Source: Candidatus Fermentibacteraceae bacterium
Lineage (GTDB): Bacteria > Fermentibacterota > Fermentibacteria > Fermentibacterales > JCC-6
Direction of reading: 5' to 3'
NCBI GenBank assembly: GCA_041750285.1
Contig: JBGSZS010000018.1
Coordinates: 128,001 to 192,000, forward strand
Length of the DNA: 64,000 bases
Below, piece after piece: positions 27,093 through 36,048 of the stretch. The notes beneath the pieces were generated by a model, which saw nothing but the letters and a program-made list of their open reading frames with translations, searched no databases and was not told where the DNA came from. The position numbers and the translations under genes were made by a program. Numbering within the stretch: the stretch's first letter is position 1; each line of letters begins with the position of its first letter.

Positions 27093-29531
27093 GTGACCCT
27101 CTTCCCCCGCTTGACACGGGACGGGGAAGCGGGAATAGTGGACTTCCGGCCAGTAGACTGCGCCGGGGGAGGGGGAACAGGTCTGATCAGTGAGAAAGCC
27201 GGCCCCGGTCTGCGTGCAGCCGCACTGGAAGAAAAGCTCAGTGCCCTGCAGGCCGAGAACACAAGGCTGCTCGAGGTCGAATCACTCCTCGACGAGCTGG
27301 CGGAACTCACAAGGGCGGTCTTCTGGGAAACCGACGCCAATGGTCTTTTCACCAGGGTAAGCAGGGTCTCCGAGGCCGTCCTGGGGTATTCCCCCGAAGA
27401 ATTGATCGGCCGGAAGCATTTTTTCGAACTGCACCCCGAAGAGGGCCGCGAGGCTTTCCGGAAATCCGCCCTCGGGGCTTTCGCCAGACGGGAAGTGTTC
27501 CACAACCTGGTGAACCCCGTCACGATGCGCGACGGCCACGAGGTGCTCCTTCTGACCAACGGCGTTCCCATTGTCAGCCCTGAAGGCGTGTTCACGGGCT
27601 ACAGGGGCATCGATGTGGATGTCACGGACAGGATCAGGTCCGAGGAAGCCCTGAGGATCAAGAACTACGTATTCCATTCTTCCATAGCCGCCAACGGCAT
27701 CATGGACACCAACGCAGTAGTGACTGAGGTGAACGACGCATTTCTAAGGATATGGGGGTACGGCGACCGCTCCGATGTGATCGGCAGATCGATAACCCAG
27801 TTTCTGGCAGACCCCGAGGCGAAGGACCAGTTCTTCTCGGTCATGGGCAGCAAAGGTCAATGGGAAGGCGATTTCACGGCTCGCAGACGCGATGGAACGA
27901 GTTTTGCGGCGCACGGGCTTTCTACGGTCCTTCTGGATGAGAACGGCAGGCACATCGGTTACCAGTCCTCGGTCATCGATGTCTCGAAGAACAGGCTCAT
28001 GGAATCGAGGCTGCGGGAAAGCGAAGCCAGGAACAAAGCCCTTCTCTACGCCCTGCCCGACATCATCTTCATTCTGAGCGAAGACGGGGTCTTCGTCGAC
28101 TACCACGCCGCAAGCAACGCACAGCTTCTGTTCCCGCCCGAAGCCTTCCTGGGAAGGCGCATCAGGGAAGTCCTGCCGGGCGCCATCGCCGAGAACACCC
28201 TTTCCCGGATCGAAGCCGTCCGCCAGGGCCACGATGCCAAGCCTTTCCGGTACGAGGCCAGTGTGGGCTCCGAGACCAGGTACTTCGAAAGCAGGATCGT
28301 CGCGTGTTCGGACGACCGGTTCCTCTCCATCGTTCGGGACATCACCGATCTGAGGCGCGCCGAGCTCGAGCAGGAGCAGCTTCAAGCGCAACTGCGGCAG
28401 GCCCACAAGATGGAATCGGTGGGAAGGCTTGCGGGAGGTGTCGCCCACGACTTCAACAACATGCTGGGCGTCATCATCGGTCACAACGAGATGGCGATGG
28501 AAAAGACCCCGCCATCAAGCCCCGTGATGGATGACCTCAGGGAGATCCAGCACAGTGCCGAACGCTCGGCCGAACTCACCCGGCAGCTCCTTGCGTTCGC
28601 AAGAAGGCAGTCGGTGTCCCCCCGTGTCCTCGACCTGAACAGGACGCTCGACGGAATGCTGAACATGCTTCGCAGGCTCATCGGAGAGGACGTCACGCTC
28701 GAGTGGCTTCCGGGGAACGACCTTTGGCCGGTGCTCGTCGACGCGGCGCAGATGAGCCAGATGCTTGCAAACCTGTGCATCAATGCAAGGCAGGCACTGC
28801 CCGGATCCGGAAGGATAACCATCACCACCGGGAACACTACGCTCCTGCCCGAGTTCTGCTCCCTGAAGCCCGGTTCCCGTCCGGGTGACCATGTGCTGAT
28901 CTCCATCAGCGACAACGGCTGCGGAATGGACCGTGAAACCGTCGACCACATCTTCGAGCCCTTCTTCACCACAAGGAAGCTCGGGCAGGGCACGGGACTC
29001 GGTCTGTCAACGGTTTACGGCATTGTCAAGCAGAGCAACGGTTACGTGGACGTGGAGAGCGAACCCGGCATGGGAACGACGTTCAGGGTGTACTTCCCGA
29101 GAAGCACCACACCCGAGGAACCCTTTTCCGAAGAGCCTGACCTGCCAATGGCCCCCGGCGGAAACGAGACGATTCTCCTGGTCGAGGACGAAAGGTCAAT
29201 TCTGGACATGGTCGCCATCATGCTTTCAAGGCTTGGTTACGAGGTTTTCTCCACCTCGTCGCCCTCCGAGGCCCTGGCCCTGGCCAGAAAGCATCGCGGA
29301 AGGATAAGGCTTCTCATAACCGATGTGGTGATGCCCGAATTGAACGGGAGGGACCTTGCCTGGAGCCTGAGAAGCATCATTCCCGGCCTGAGTTGTCTGT
29401 TCATGTCGGGTTACACTTCCGAGGTCATCGCCCATCAGGGAATCCTGGAGGACGGGGTCCACTTCATCCCCAAGCCCTTCACCTCCAGGGCGCTTGCGGC
29501 GAGCGTCAGGAAGGCCCTGAACGGGCGGTAG
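27093..29531 (+). CDS. Multi-PAS hybrid sensor histidine kinase with receiver domain (start uncertain, possibly CTG 27183)
   Basis: Three PAS/PAC repeats; H-box [15 protein letters not shown] and G boxes (NLCINA, DNGCGM, GTGLGL); receiver ILLVEDE...LLITDVVMP...IPKPF. Confidence 0.93.
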   Translation: MTLFPRLTRDGEAGIVDFRPVDCAGGGGTGLISEKAGPGLRAAALEEKLSALQAENTRLLEVESLLDELAELTRAVFWETDANGLFTRVSRVSEAVLGYSPEELIGRKHFFELHPEEGREAFRKSALGAFARREVFHNLVNPVTMRDGHEVLLLTNGVPIVSPEGVFTGYRGIDVDVTDRIRSEEALRIKNYVFHSSIAANGIMDTNAVVTEVNDAFLRIWGYGDRSDVIGRSITQFLADPEAKDQFFSVMGSKGQWEGDFTARRRDGTSFAAHGLSTVLLDENGRHIGYQSSVIDVSKNRLMESRLRESEARNKALLYALPDIIFILSEDGVFVDYHAASNAQLLFPPEAFLGRRIREVLPGAIAENTLSRIEAVRQGHDAKPFRYEASVGSETRYFESRIVACSDDRFLSIVRDITDLRRAELEQEQLQAQLRQAHKMESVGRLAGGVAHDFNNMLGVIIGHNEMAMEKTPPSSPVMDDLREIQHSAERSAELTRQLLAFARRQSVSPRVLDLNRTLDGMLNMLRRLIGEDVTLEWLPGNDLWPVLVDAAQMSQMLANLCINARQALPGSGRITITTGNTTLLPEFCSLKPGSRPGDHVLISISDNGCGMDRETVDHIFEPFFTTRKLGQGTGLGLSTVYGIVKQSNGYVDVESEPGMGTTFRVYFPRSTTPEEPFSEEPDLPMAPGGNETILLVEDERSILDMVAIMLSRLGYEVFSTSSPSEALALARKHRGRIRLLITDVVMPELNGRDLAWSLRSIIPGLSCLFMSGYTSEVIAHQGILEDGVHFIPKPFTSRALAASVRKALNGR

Positions 29532-29635
29532 ATCACGTTGTTGACAGGATGCGCATGCACGGCTGTCATCCATTTCCGGTCGATTGACGCCGTGAACGGG
29601 GTGAAGCAGGAACCAGTCCGTCAGGAGGGGAACAG

Positions 29636-30712
29636 ATGAAACCGTTTGCACTTATCCTCGCGGTTGCGGCGGCCGCTGCAGAAGCCACCGTCATAGACCA
29701 CACCTGCACAGACCTTGAAAGCATACCAGGCACCTGGATCGACCAGGTCCAGAGCACCATGAAAAGCCACTACGCGCACACCTCCCACGGAAGCCAGCTC
29801 ACCTGGGGGCTTCAGTTCGTGGAAGAGGGTGATCCCGCCTACGCCTACCTGGTGGGGTACGGCCAGCTCCCGTCGTCATCCACGGCCTACTGTGTGTTCG
29901 ACGGTCAGGAGGGTGAGTCCTACGTGACCCCCGAGCTCTACTGGGAGAGTGCAGCCGGCATCCAGATGACACGCGACGTGCTCGAGCACAACCCCTCCAT
30001 AAACACTTCGATGTGGAGCTGGTGCACGCAGTGCGACTATTACTCACAGGCCCAGGTGGCACAGTACCTCAGCGTGATGAGCTCTCTCGAGGCCGAATTT
30101 CCCGATGTCACCTTCATCTACTTCACCGGCAACGCCCAGGCCGAGGGCTCATCGGGTTACGAAAGGCACCAGCGGAACCAGCAGATACGAACCTACTGCC
30201 TTTCCAACGACAAGGTCCTTTACGACTTCGCCGACCTCGACTGCTGGTGGTTCAACCCGGCAACCCAGTCGTGGGAGCAGAACACGTACACGTACAACGG
30301 CAATCAGATCCCTTCGGAACACCCCCAGTTCTCCGGGGACGAGTACGGTCACACCACCGCGGAGAGCTGCGAACAGAAGGGCCGCGCATGGTGGTACATG
30401 ATGGCGGTGCTTGCGGGCTGGTCGGGAACGGGTGTGGAACACGAAGCTCGGAACCCCTGTCCTGCGACCCTGGGCATTTCCCCAAACCCGGCTCCCGGGC
30501 TTGCCGCCGTTTCGCTCTCTCTCGCGGATCCGGGACCGGTGAGCCTCAGTGTCGTCGACCTGGCGGGAAGGGTTGTATGGGAACGGGAGTGGACATGTCT
30601 TGAGGGCGGTTCACACAGTTTCCCGGTCTCCATTGAACCGAGCGGTGTCTACCTGGTCTCGGCAAACGCCTGCGGACAAATGCTTTCGGCAAGACTGGCG
30701 GTTCTGGACTGA
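29636..30712 (+). CDS. Secreted protein, possible SGNH-like hydrolase, with T9SS-type C-terminal domain
   Basis: Signal peptide; YAHTSHGSQL, LYDFADLD, GHTT; tail ISPNPAPG...VVDLAGRVV...PSGVYLV. Confidence 0.7.
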   Translation: MKPFALILAVAAAAAEATVIDHTCTDLESIPGTWIDQVQSTMKSHYAHTSHGSQLTWGLQFVEEGDPAYAYLVGYGQLPSSSTAYCVFDGQEGESYVTPELYWESAAGIQMTRDVLEHNPSINTSMWSWCTQCDYYSQAQVAQYLSVMSSLEAEFPDVTFIYFTGNAQAEGSSGYERHQRNQQIRTYCLSNDKVLYDFADLDCWWFNPATQSWEQNTYTYNGNQIPSEHPQFSGDEYGHTTAESCEQKGRAWWYMMAVLAGWSGTGVEHEARNPCPATLGISPNPAPGLAAVSLSLADPGPVSLSVVDLAGRVVWEREWTCLEGGSHSFPVSIEPSGVYLVSANACGQMLSARLAVLD

Positions 30713-30748
30713 CCCCGCCCGTCGTGGCAGTCTGAGAGGGAGGTACTC

Positions 30749-31453
30749 ATGGATCCGACAGTGCTGGCGCTCGTGGGAGCTTCATGGATCGCACTGCCCG
30801 GCGCCCATCCCCCTGCAACGGTTGAGCCCAGCGTGCGGGTCATCGAAGGAAACGGTTCGAGCGCTGTTTTCACCTGGCCTCTGGTGAAGGGTGGGGAGGA
30901 AGACATGGCGGCCGGGGCCATGAACGAAGCCCTGTCATGGGAAGCAGTGACGGGCGAGCCGTTCGAGGAGACCATCGAGGTTTTCTCCCGGATGCAGCGG
31001 GGACACACGGGGGCGGATTTCACGGTGAATCACAACGCAGGAGGCATCCTTGACATCACCCTTCGGATCGAGTTCCTGGGGGCCTATCCCTCAACGGCAT
31101 ACAGGCACTTCTGTTTCGATGTGTCAACCGGACGGGCCGTACGGTTCCAGGAACTGCTGAGTCCCGGAGGGGGGGAAATCCTTGCCGGCATGCTCGATTC
31201 CATGCTTCAGGCGAACATCGCCGCCGCGGCGGCCGACAGCCTGCTCGACCCTGAGCTGTACGGGGGGCACGGGTTCGGCGCGGATGACATGGAGAGCTTC
31301 AGCATAACTGGTGACGGGGTGTGGTTCCACTACGATTTCGGCTTCCCTCACGCCATCCTGGCAGCCCAGCCCGACGGCGAGCTCTTCATTCCGGCCGAAC
31401 GGATCGTTCCCCTGCTTTCGGATGAGTACGCGGGCGAAGAACTCCCGCAGTGA
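30749..31453 (+). CDS. DUF3298/RsiV-like exported protein
   Basis: EFLGAYPSTAYRHFCFDVSTGRAVRFQELL; FSITGDGVWFHY. Confidence 0.7.
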   Translation: MDPTVLALVGASWIALPGAHPPATVEPSVRVIEGNGSSAVFTWPLVKGGEEDMAAGAMNEALSWEAVTGEPFEETIEVFSRMQRGHTGADFTVNHNAGGILDITLRIEFLGAYPSTAYRHFCFDVSTGRAVRFQELLSPGGGEILAGMLDSMLQANIAAAAADSLLDPELYGGHGFGADDMESFSITGDGVWFHYDFGFPHAILAAQPDGELFIPAERIVPLLSDEYAGEELPQ

Positions 31454-31457
31454 CGGC

Positions 31458-31697
31458 TCAGCCCCGGGCAGCCAGCATGATGAACACCGCGGCGCCGACG
31501 ATGGCGATTGCGGCCGCCATCCCCGCGACCAGGCAGCTCATCTTCGACCTTTGGGGGAACTCGGTGTCCCTGTTGTCGCCGGAGGCCTGGGGCTGAGCGG
31601 CGGCCTCGGCCTCCAGGATCACCCCGCAATGTGGGCATTGTCCTGAATCCTTAACGAACACTGTCTTCTCGCATGAAGGGCATTTTTCGAAACTCAC
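31458..31697 (-). CDS. Small zinc-ribbon protein with C-terminal TM helix
   Basis: GTG start overlapping the rSAM stop (GTGA); CPSC...CPHC; hydrophobic C-terminus. Confidence 0.65.
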   Translation of the reverse strand: MSFEKCPSCEKTVFVKDSGQCPHCGVILEAEAAAQPQASGDNRDTEFPQRSKMSCLVAGMAAAIAIVGAAVFIMLAARG

Positions 31698-32737
31698 CGC
31701 TCCATCACCTCTTTCCAGCCGGCTGTGTGAACCTCGGGACAACCCGCATCACAATCATATCTCTTTTCACATCTTGCGCATGAACCGGGCATTGGGAATG
31801 TCCCGAGGGCGAATTCCCTCCAGCGCGGGTGGGAAGACGCCTTCCTCCACTCCCTGTGATGGGCTATCCTCACCTGGGAGTGGTTGCACACCCTGAGATA
31901 TCCCGAGGGGTCGACCGTGAAGAAGTTCTTCACGGCGCTGCAGCGGTAGCCCACATGAAGCCGCTTCAGCTCTGAAAGCCCGGGAACACACCTTGGAAAT
32001 TCCGTGCCGGTGGCCCCCGGAACGCCCGAGGCTTCAAGGACGTCTTCGGCTGTCCTCACCATCTCCCCGAGCTGCTCCATGCCCAGGGACAGTTCCTCGA
32101 GGTGATCGAGTCCCCTGCCTCCGGGCAGGAACCTGTTCAGAAGGACCTGCCCCGCTCCCGCGAGGATTGCGGCACTCATCGTTTCGTAAAGTTCGTGGAG
32201 GTTCTTCGCGGTTACGGTGATGTTGGCCGTTGTCTTGACACCGGCTTCCTTCGCCTTTTTGAAAAGACCAAGAATCCTCTCAGCGCCGGGATGGCCCGTG
32301 TGCCACTCGTAGGTGGACAGGCCGGGAAGGCTGATGCTGATGGAGACACCGAGTTCGGCCAGTCTGTCGAGCACCCGCTGGGTGACCGTCTTGCCGTTGG
32401 AAAGCAGGGTGACGGTGGGCTTGACGGTTCTTGCCGTCAGGACGCCGTCCACCTCCTCGACAAGCTCCACTTCCCTGTTTCCGGCGTACGAAACCAGTTC
32501 AAGGCAGTCCCGGCGAAGAAGGGGCTCGCCACCCGTGAAGCCGAATGAGCTCACACCCAGGAGGCACAGCTTGTCAATAAGGCCCTTCCACTCTTCGGTG
32601 TCCATCTCCGGAAGCTTCGGGAAGTCGTCACCGTACTCCCACGGGCACGAGCAGTACCTGCACCGGTGGTTGCACAGATAGGTGAGTTCCAGCACCGCAA
32701 GCGACGGAAGGAACGAAGGTGCCGCAACCCTGTTCAT
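31694..32737 (-). CDS. Radical SAM/SPASM domain protein (PqqE-like maturase family)
   Basis: ELTYLCNHRCRYC (CxxxCxxC); FTGGEPLLR; SPASM CSAVKNFFTVDPSGYLRVC...CARCEKRYDCDAGC. Confidence 0.92.
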   Translation of the reverse strand: MNRVAAPSFLPSLAVLELTYLCNHRCRYCSCPWEYGDDFPKLPEMDTEEWKGLIDKLCLLGVSSFGFTGGEPLLRRDCLELVSYAGNREVELVEEVDGVLTARTVKPTVTLLSNGKTVTQRVLDRLAELGVSISISLPGLSTYEWHTGHPGAERILGLFKKAKEAGVKTTANITVTAKNLHELYETMSAAILAGAGQVLLNRFLPGGRGLDHLEELSLGMEQLGEMVRTAEDVLEASGVPGATGTEFPRCVPGLSELKRLHVGYRCSAVKNFFTVDPSGYLRVCNHSQVRIAHHREWRKASSHPRWREFALGTFPMPGSCARCEKRYDCDAGCPEVHTAGWKEVMER

Positions 32738-33318
32738 TCAATGCCCAGAAGCGTTCTGAGCCTGTCCGTGTAGCCCCGCAGCGGCAATGATGCGTCGTAG
32801 GAGTCAGTGTAGCTGAGTTCTCCGCCAATGAAACCCCTGAGGATAAGCAGATCGTGAAGGGTGGCGGCCGTTCTGACGGTATCGCCCTCGGGGTAGGCGA
32901 TGACAAGAGTGACCCCGCGAGCTGCGTTGCCGGTGTGGCAGACGCTGCAGTAGGTCTCCTCGAGTGTCGCACTGAAAAAACCGTTTCCCTCCAATTCCTC
33001 GATGATCCTCCGCATGGGGGGAATGCTCTCAAGAATGAAGTACCCCTCCGGGTATCCGTAGAGGGTTCTCTCTCCGCAGACCGGGCAGACGTAGTCGGCC
33101 CGGTTGGGAGTGGCCACCGGCTCGTAGCACATGGCCCCCATTATCTGGTCGGGCACGGGCTCACGCTCGATGCGGGACAGCATCAGTCTGAGCCTTGTCC
33201 TGCCGCTCTCCATGATCCTGATGATGTTGAGGGGACCCTTCTGTTCCCTGTGATGCCCGACTCCCAGAGCAACTCCCGCCGCAGACAACGCCACCAGAAC
33301 AAGGGGGATCCAATACAC
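32734..33318 (-). CDS. GAMCY-motif membrane-anchored Cys4 protein, paralog 3
   Basis: GTG 33318 after RBS AGGAGG; TM helix; MGAMCYEP; YVCPVCGERT; EETYCSVC. Confidence 0.8.
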   Translation of the reverse strand: MYWIPLVLVALSAAGVALGVGHHREQKGPLNIIRIMESGRTRLRLMLSRIEREPVPDQIMGAMCYEPVATPNRADYVCPVCGERTLYGYPEGYFILESIPPMRRIIEELEGNGFFSATLEETYCSVCHTGNAARGVTLVIAYPEGDTVRTAATLHDLLILRGFIGGELSYTDSYDASLPLRGYTDRLRTLLGIE

Positions 33319-33331
33319 GGGTAACCTCCTG

Positions 33332-33922
33332 TCAGGGTTCTTCCATGCCCAGAATCGTTCTAAGCCGGTCAAGGCTGTTCTTCAGTGGAGACCGGGAGTC
33401 GTTGCTTTGCGTGTAGCTCAGCTCTCCCCCCAGAAGGCCCTCGATCATCTGAAGGTCGTTAAGGCACACCGGAGTCCTCACGGTATCACCCTCGGCGTAA
33501 ACCACGAGAAGCCTGACCTCCCCGGTCGAATCACCCGCGGAGCAATGGCTGCAGAAAGTCTCCTCGAGGCTCAGGTCAAAGAACCCGTTCCCAGCCATCC
33601 CCTCCACCATCCTCCGCATCGCGGGAAGCTCCCATTGAACGAAGGAGCCTTCGTACTGCCCGAAGAATGTCCGTTCACCGCAGACCGGGCAGACGTACTC
33701 CACCCTTGCAGGAAGGGCCACCGGGCTGTAGCACATGGCGCCCATGACGAAATCGGGGGCCTCCTCTCGCTCAACCCTGGAGAGAAGCAGTCTGACCCGT
33801 TCCCGGCCTCCGTTGAAAACCCGCAGCGCCCTGAAGGGGGTTTTGTGGTTCAGAACGATCCCGGCGCCCAGGACCGCCCCGGTGGCGGACAGGGCGATAA
33901 GTACAACCGTCACCCAGTTCAT
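33332..33922 (-). CDS. GAMCY-motif membrane-anchored Cys4 protein, paralog 2
   Basis: TM helix; MGAMCYSP; YVCPVCGERT; EETFCSHC; ATGA overlap. Confidence 0.8.
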   Translation of the reverse strand: MNWVTVVLIALSATGAVLGAGIVLNHKTPFRALRVFNGGRERVRLLLSRVEREEAPDFVMGAMCYSPVALPARVEYVCPVCGERTFFGQYEGSFVQWELPAMRRMVEGMAGNGFFDLSLEETFCSHCSAGDSTGEVRLLVVYAEGDTVRTPVCLNDLQMIEGLLGGELSYTQSNDSRSPLKNSLDRLRTILGMEEP

Positions 33923-34539
33923 TCCGCGTTCCCTCCCTGCAGTCCGTCCACACCGAGAAGCGTTCGAAGCCTTGGAACACTGTCCTTCAGGGGGAGCCTG
34001 GCGTCGTAGCTGTCAGCGAAAACCAGTTCTCCGCTGACGAACCCGACCAGCATCTGAAGGTCGTGCAGTTCAACCGGGGTACTGACGGTGTCGCCTTCCG
34101 TATAGACCAGGTTCAGGATGAACCTGGGATTCCCGGGGTTGAGCGCTCCGGAGCAGTGTGAGCAGAAGGCGGTCTCGTCAAGCACTGCATGAAAAAAGGG
34201 GTTCCCGTCCAACTCGGCAATCGCCCTGCGCATGGGCTCGGCCTCGCGATGAAGCATCTCGCCGGTCTCCCCGCCGAACCATGTTCTCTCCCCGCACGCC
34301 GGGCAGATGTACTCGACCCGGTCGGGGGCCATGGCCGGCCGGTAGCACATGGCGCCCATGATGAAGTCGGGAGCTTCCTCCCGCTCCACCCTCGAAAGAA
34401 GAATCCTCACGCCTTCCCGGCCGCCCCTGAACAGCCGGCTGACGGAGACCGGACCCTTTCCCCCCACAGCAAACCCCCGTCCCACGCCAAACGCCGCTCC
34501 GAGTGCGGCGAGAACGATGACGATCCATATCCAGTTCAT
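33919..34539 (-). CDS. GAMCY-motif membrane-anchored Cys4 protein, paralog 1
   Basis: ATG 34539 after GGAGG; TM helix; MGAMCYRP; YICPACGERT; ETAFCSHC. Confidence 0.8.
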   Translation of the reverse strand: MNWIWIVIVLAALGAAFGVGRGFAVGGKGPVSVSRLFRGGREGVRILLSRVEREEAPDFIMGAMCYRPAMAPDRVEYICPACGERTWFGGETGEMLHREAEPMRRAIAELDGNPFFHAVLDETAFCSHCSGALNPGNPRFILNLVYTEGDTVSTPVELHDLQMLVGFVSGELVFADSYDARLPLKDSVPRLRTLLGVDGLQGGNAE

Positions 34540-34646
34540 CGCAACCTCCCCTGTGAGAGGGATACGTCGAAACGGCACGGTGGATTCCGCTGTCCGCCCC
34601 GTGCATGTATTATTCAAACACTTCAGCCGGGAGGGAACAGTTCCTT

Positions 34647-35492
34647 ATGAATGCAAGCAAAGGCGCCGAGTTTCTTGTGAGACCTGCGGTTCCTGCCGAC
34701 CTGCCGGGCCTCGAGGAGATTTCAAGACTCACCTGGGACGGGTTCGACTACCTCGATCAGGTCGCGGGGGACTGGATCGCCGAGGGCAACCTTTTCACGG
34801 GCGTGACCGAAGACAGGGTCGTGGCCTGCGCCCGCTTCACGCGGGCACCGGGAAGGATTCTCTGGCTCGAGGGCCTCAGGGTCCACCCCGAGTTCAGGGG
34901 AAGGGGGTACGGCAGGATCATCAGCGAATTCATCCTGAAAAGATGCGTCGAGATGGTCGAGGCACGGGAGGCTTCCGGAATAGAGTTCTCGACATACGTC
35001 CTCAACGCCGAGAGCCGGGGGCTATCCGAGAGGCAGGGCTTCGGGGTGGCGGAGTGGTTCCACATCCTCTACCGCGAAGGGCTGCCCGCCGACCACTGCA
35101 GGGTCTACCCCTACGACCCCGTTCCTGAAGACTTTTCGGTCTACCCCGAGAGGGTTCCGGTGGGCTGGAAATACGCGCGCTGGCGCGAGCCGGATTTTCC
35201 GGAATGGTTCAGGAGCGTGGCGCGCGCCTGGCGTACTGAAACCGGAGCGACATTCCTCACCAGCCTCCGGGACGACGAGGCATCGCCGCTTGCTTCGGCG
35301 TTCAGCGATGCCGACGGATTCTTCAACGGACTGCGAGCATTCGCGCTCCAGCACGGAAGGACCGACATCGAGCTGTTTCTGCACGATTCGATGAAGGGCA
35401 TGCTCGCCGCGGCAAAGCAGCACGGCTTCGGTTACTGGGAAAACCCGGACAGTTCCAACGTGCCGGTTTATGAACTGAAGGGAAGGGAATGA
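34647..35492 (+). CDS. GNAT family N-acetyltransferase
   Basis: VRPAVPADLP; WLEGLRVHPEFRGRGYG (motif A); NAESRGLSERQGF. Confidence 0.85.
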   Translation: MNASKGAEFLVRPAVPADLPGLEEISRLTWDGFDYLDQVAGDWIAEGNLFTGVTEDRVVACARFTRAPGRILWLEGLRVHPEFRGRGYGRIISEFILKRCVEMVEAREASGIEFSTYVLNAESRGLSERQGFGVAEWFHILYREGLPADHCRVYPYDPVPEDFSVYPERVPVGWKYARWREPDFPEWFRSVARAWRTETGATFLTSLRDDEASPLASAFSDADGFFNGLRAFALQHGRTDIELFLHDSMKGMLAAAKQHGFGYWENPDSSNVPVYELKGRE

Positions 35493-35983
35493 AGGCAACT
35501 GTTTCCGCCTGCCTTGTTCTGGCCGTGTCGGCCGGGGCGGCAGACATTCAGGACATCAGGGAAATGTACTACCAGGCAAGCGCCGACATCGAAGCGGGGG
35601 TGCTTTACACCACTGTTGTGAACATCAACAGCGAAGACATGCCTTTTCCCGCGGTGGGGGTGTTCGGTAAAACCGTGACCTTCTACTGGACTGCGGAACC
35701 GTGGAACACCCCGGCGTACGTACTGGTGAAGGCCGTGGTGTCTTCCAGTGTCTCCGCGGTCGAGGAAACGGCCGAATATCTCTACGACTGCGCGGGGGAT
35801 CTTCGGTTCTGCTTGATCTCGGGAGGTCTCGATCAGGTCGAGCACAGGTTCTACTTCTCCGAAGGGCGTCTTGTGAGGTTCATGGACGGCGATGTCATAA
35901 ACGATTCACCGGACCAGTCGCTTGGGAACGCCGCTTCAAGGAGTGGGGGGGATCTCCACCAGGCATTCGTTCTCATGCACTGA
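35489..35983 (+). CDS. Hypothetical exported protein
   Basis: Signal peptide MKATVSACLVLAVSAGA; ATGA overlap with the GNAT gene. Confidence 0.7.
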   Translation: MKATVSACLVLAVSAGAADIQDIREMYYQASADIEAGVLYTTVVNINSEDMPFPAVGVFGKTVTFYWTAEPWNTPAYVLVKAVVSSSVSAVEETAEYLYDCAGDLRFCLISGGLDQVEHRFYFSEGRLVRFMDGDVINDSPDQSLGNAASRSGGDLHQAFVLMH

Positions 35984-36048
35984 TTCGCACCCGGTTGCTT
36001 CTTTCCCCTTTCCATCCGGAAAGGGAACACCCGGAAAGGGAGGGTTCA

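Noticed and set aside
32930..32952. CxxCH heme-c motif (CSVCH) in GAMCY paralog 3
   Set aside because: The other two paralogs read CSHCS; pairing with the upstream CPxC as a Cys4 metal site is more likely
36016..36041. Short direct repeat CCGGAAAGGGA x2
   Set aside because: Only two copies next to an RBS; no evidence of function or of an insertion site
35701..36048. N-terminal extension of the cyclase ORF given by the track
   Set aside because: Overlaps the credible 35489-35983 gene and reads as non-coding-frame sequence
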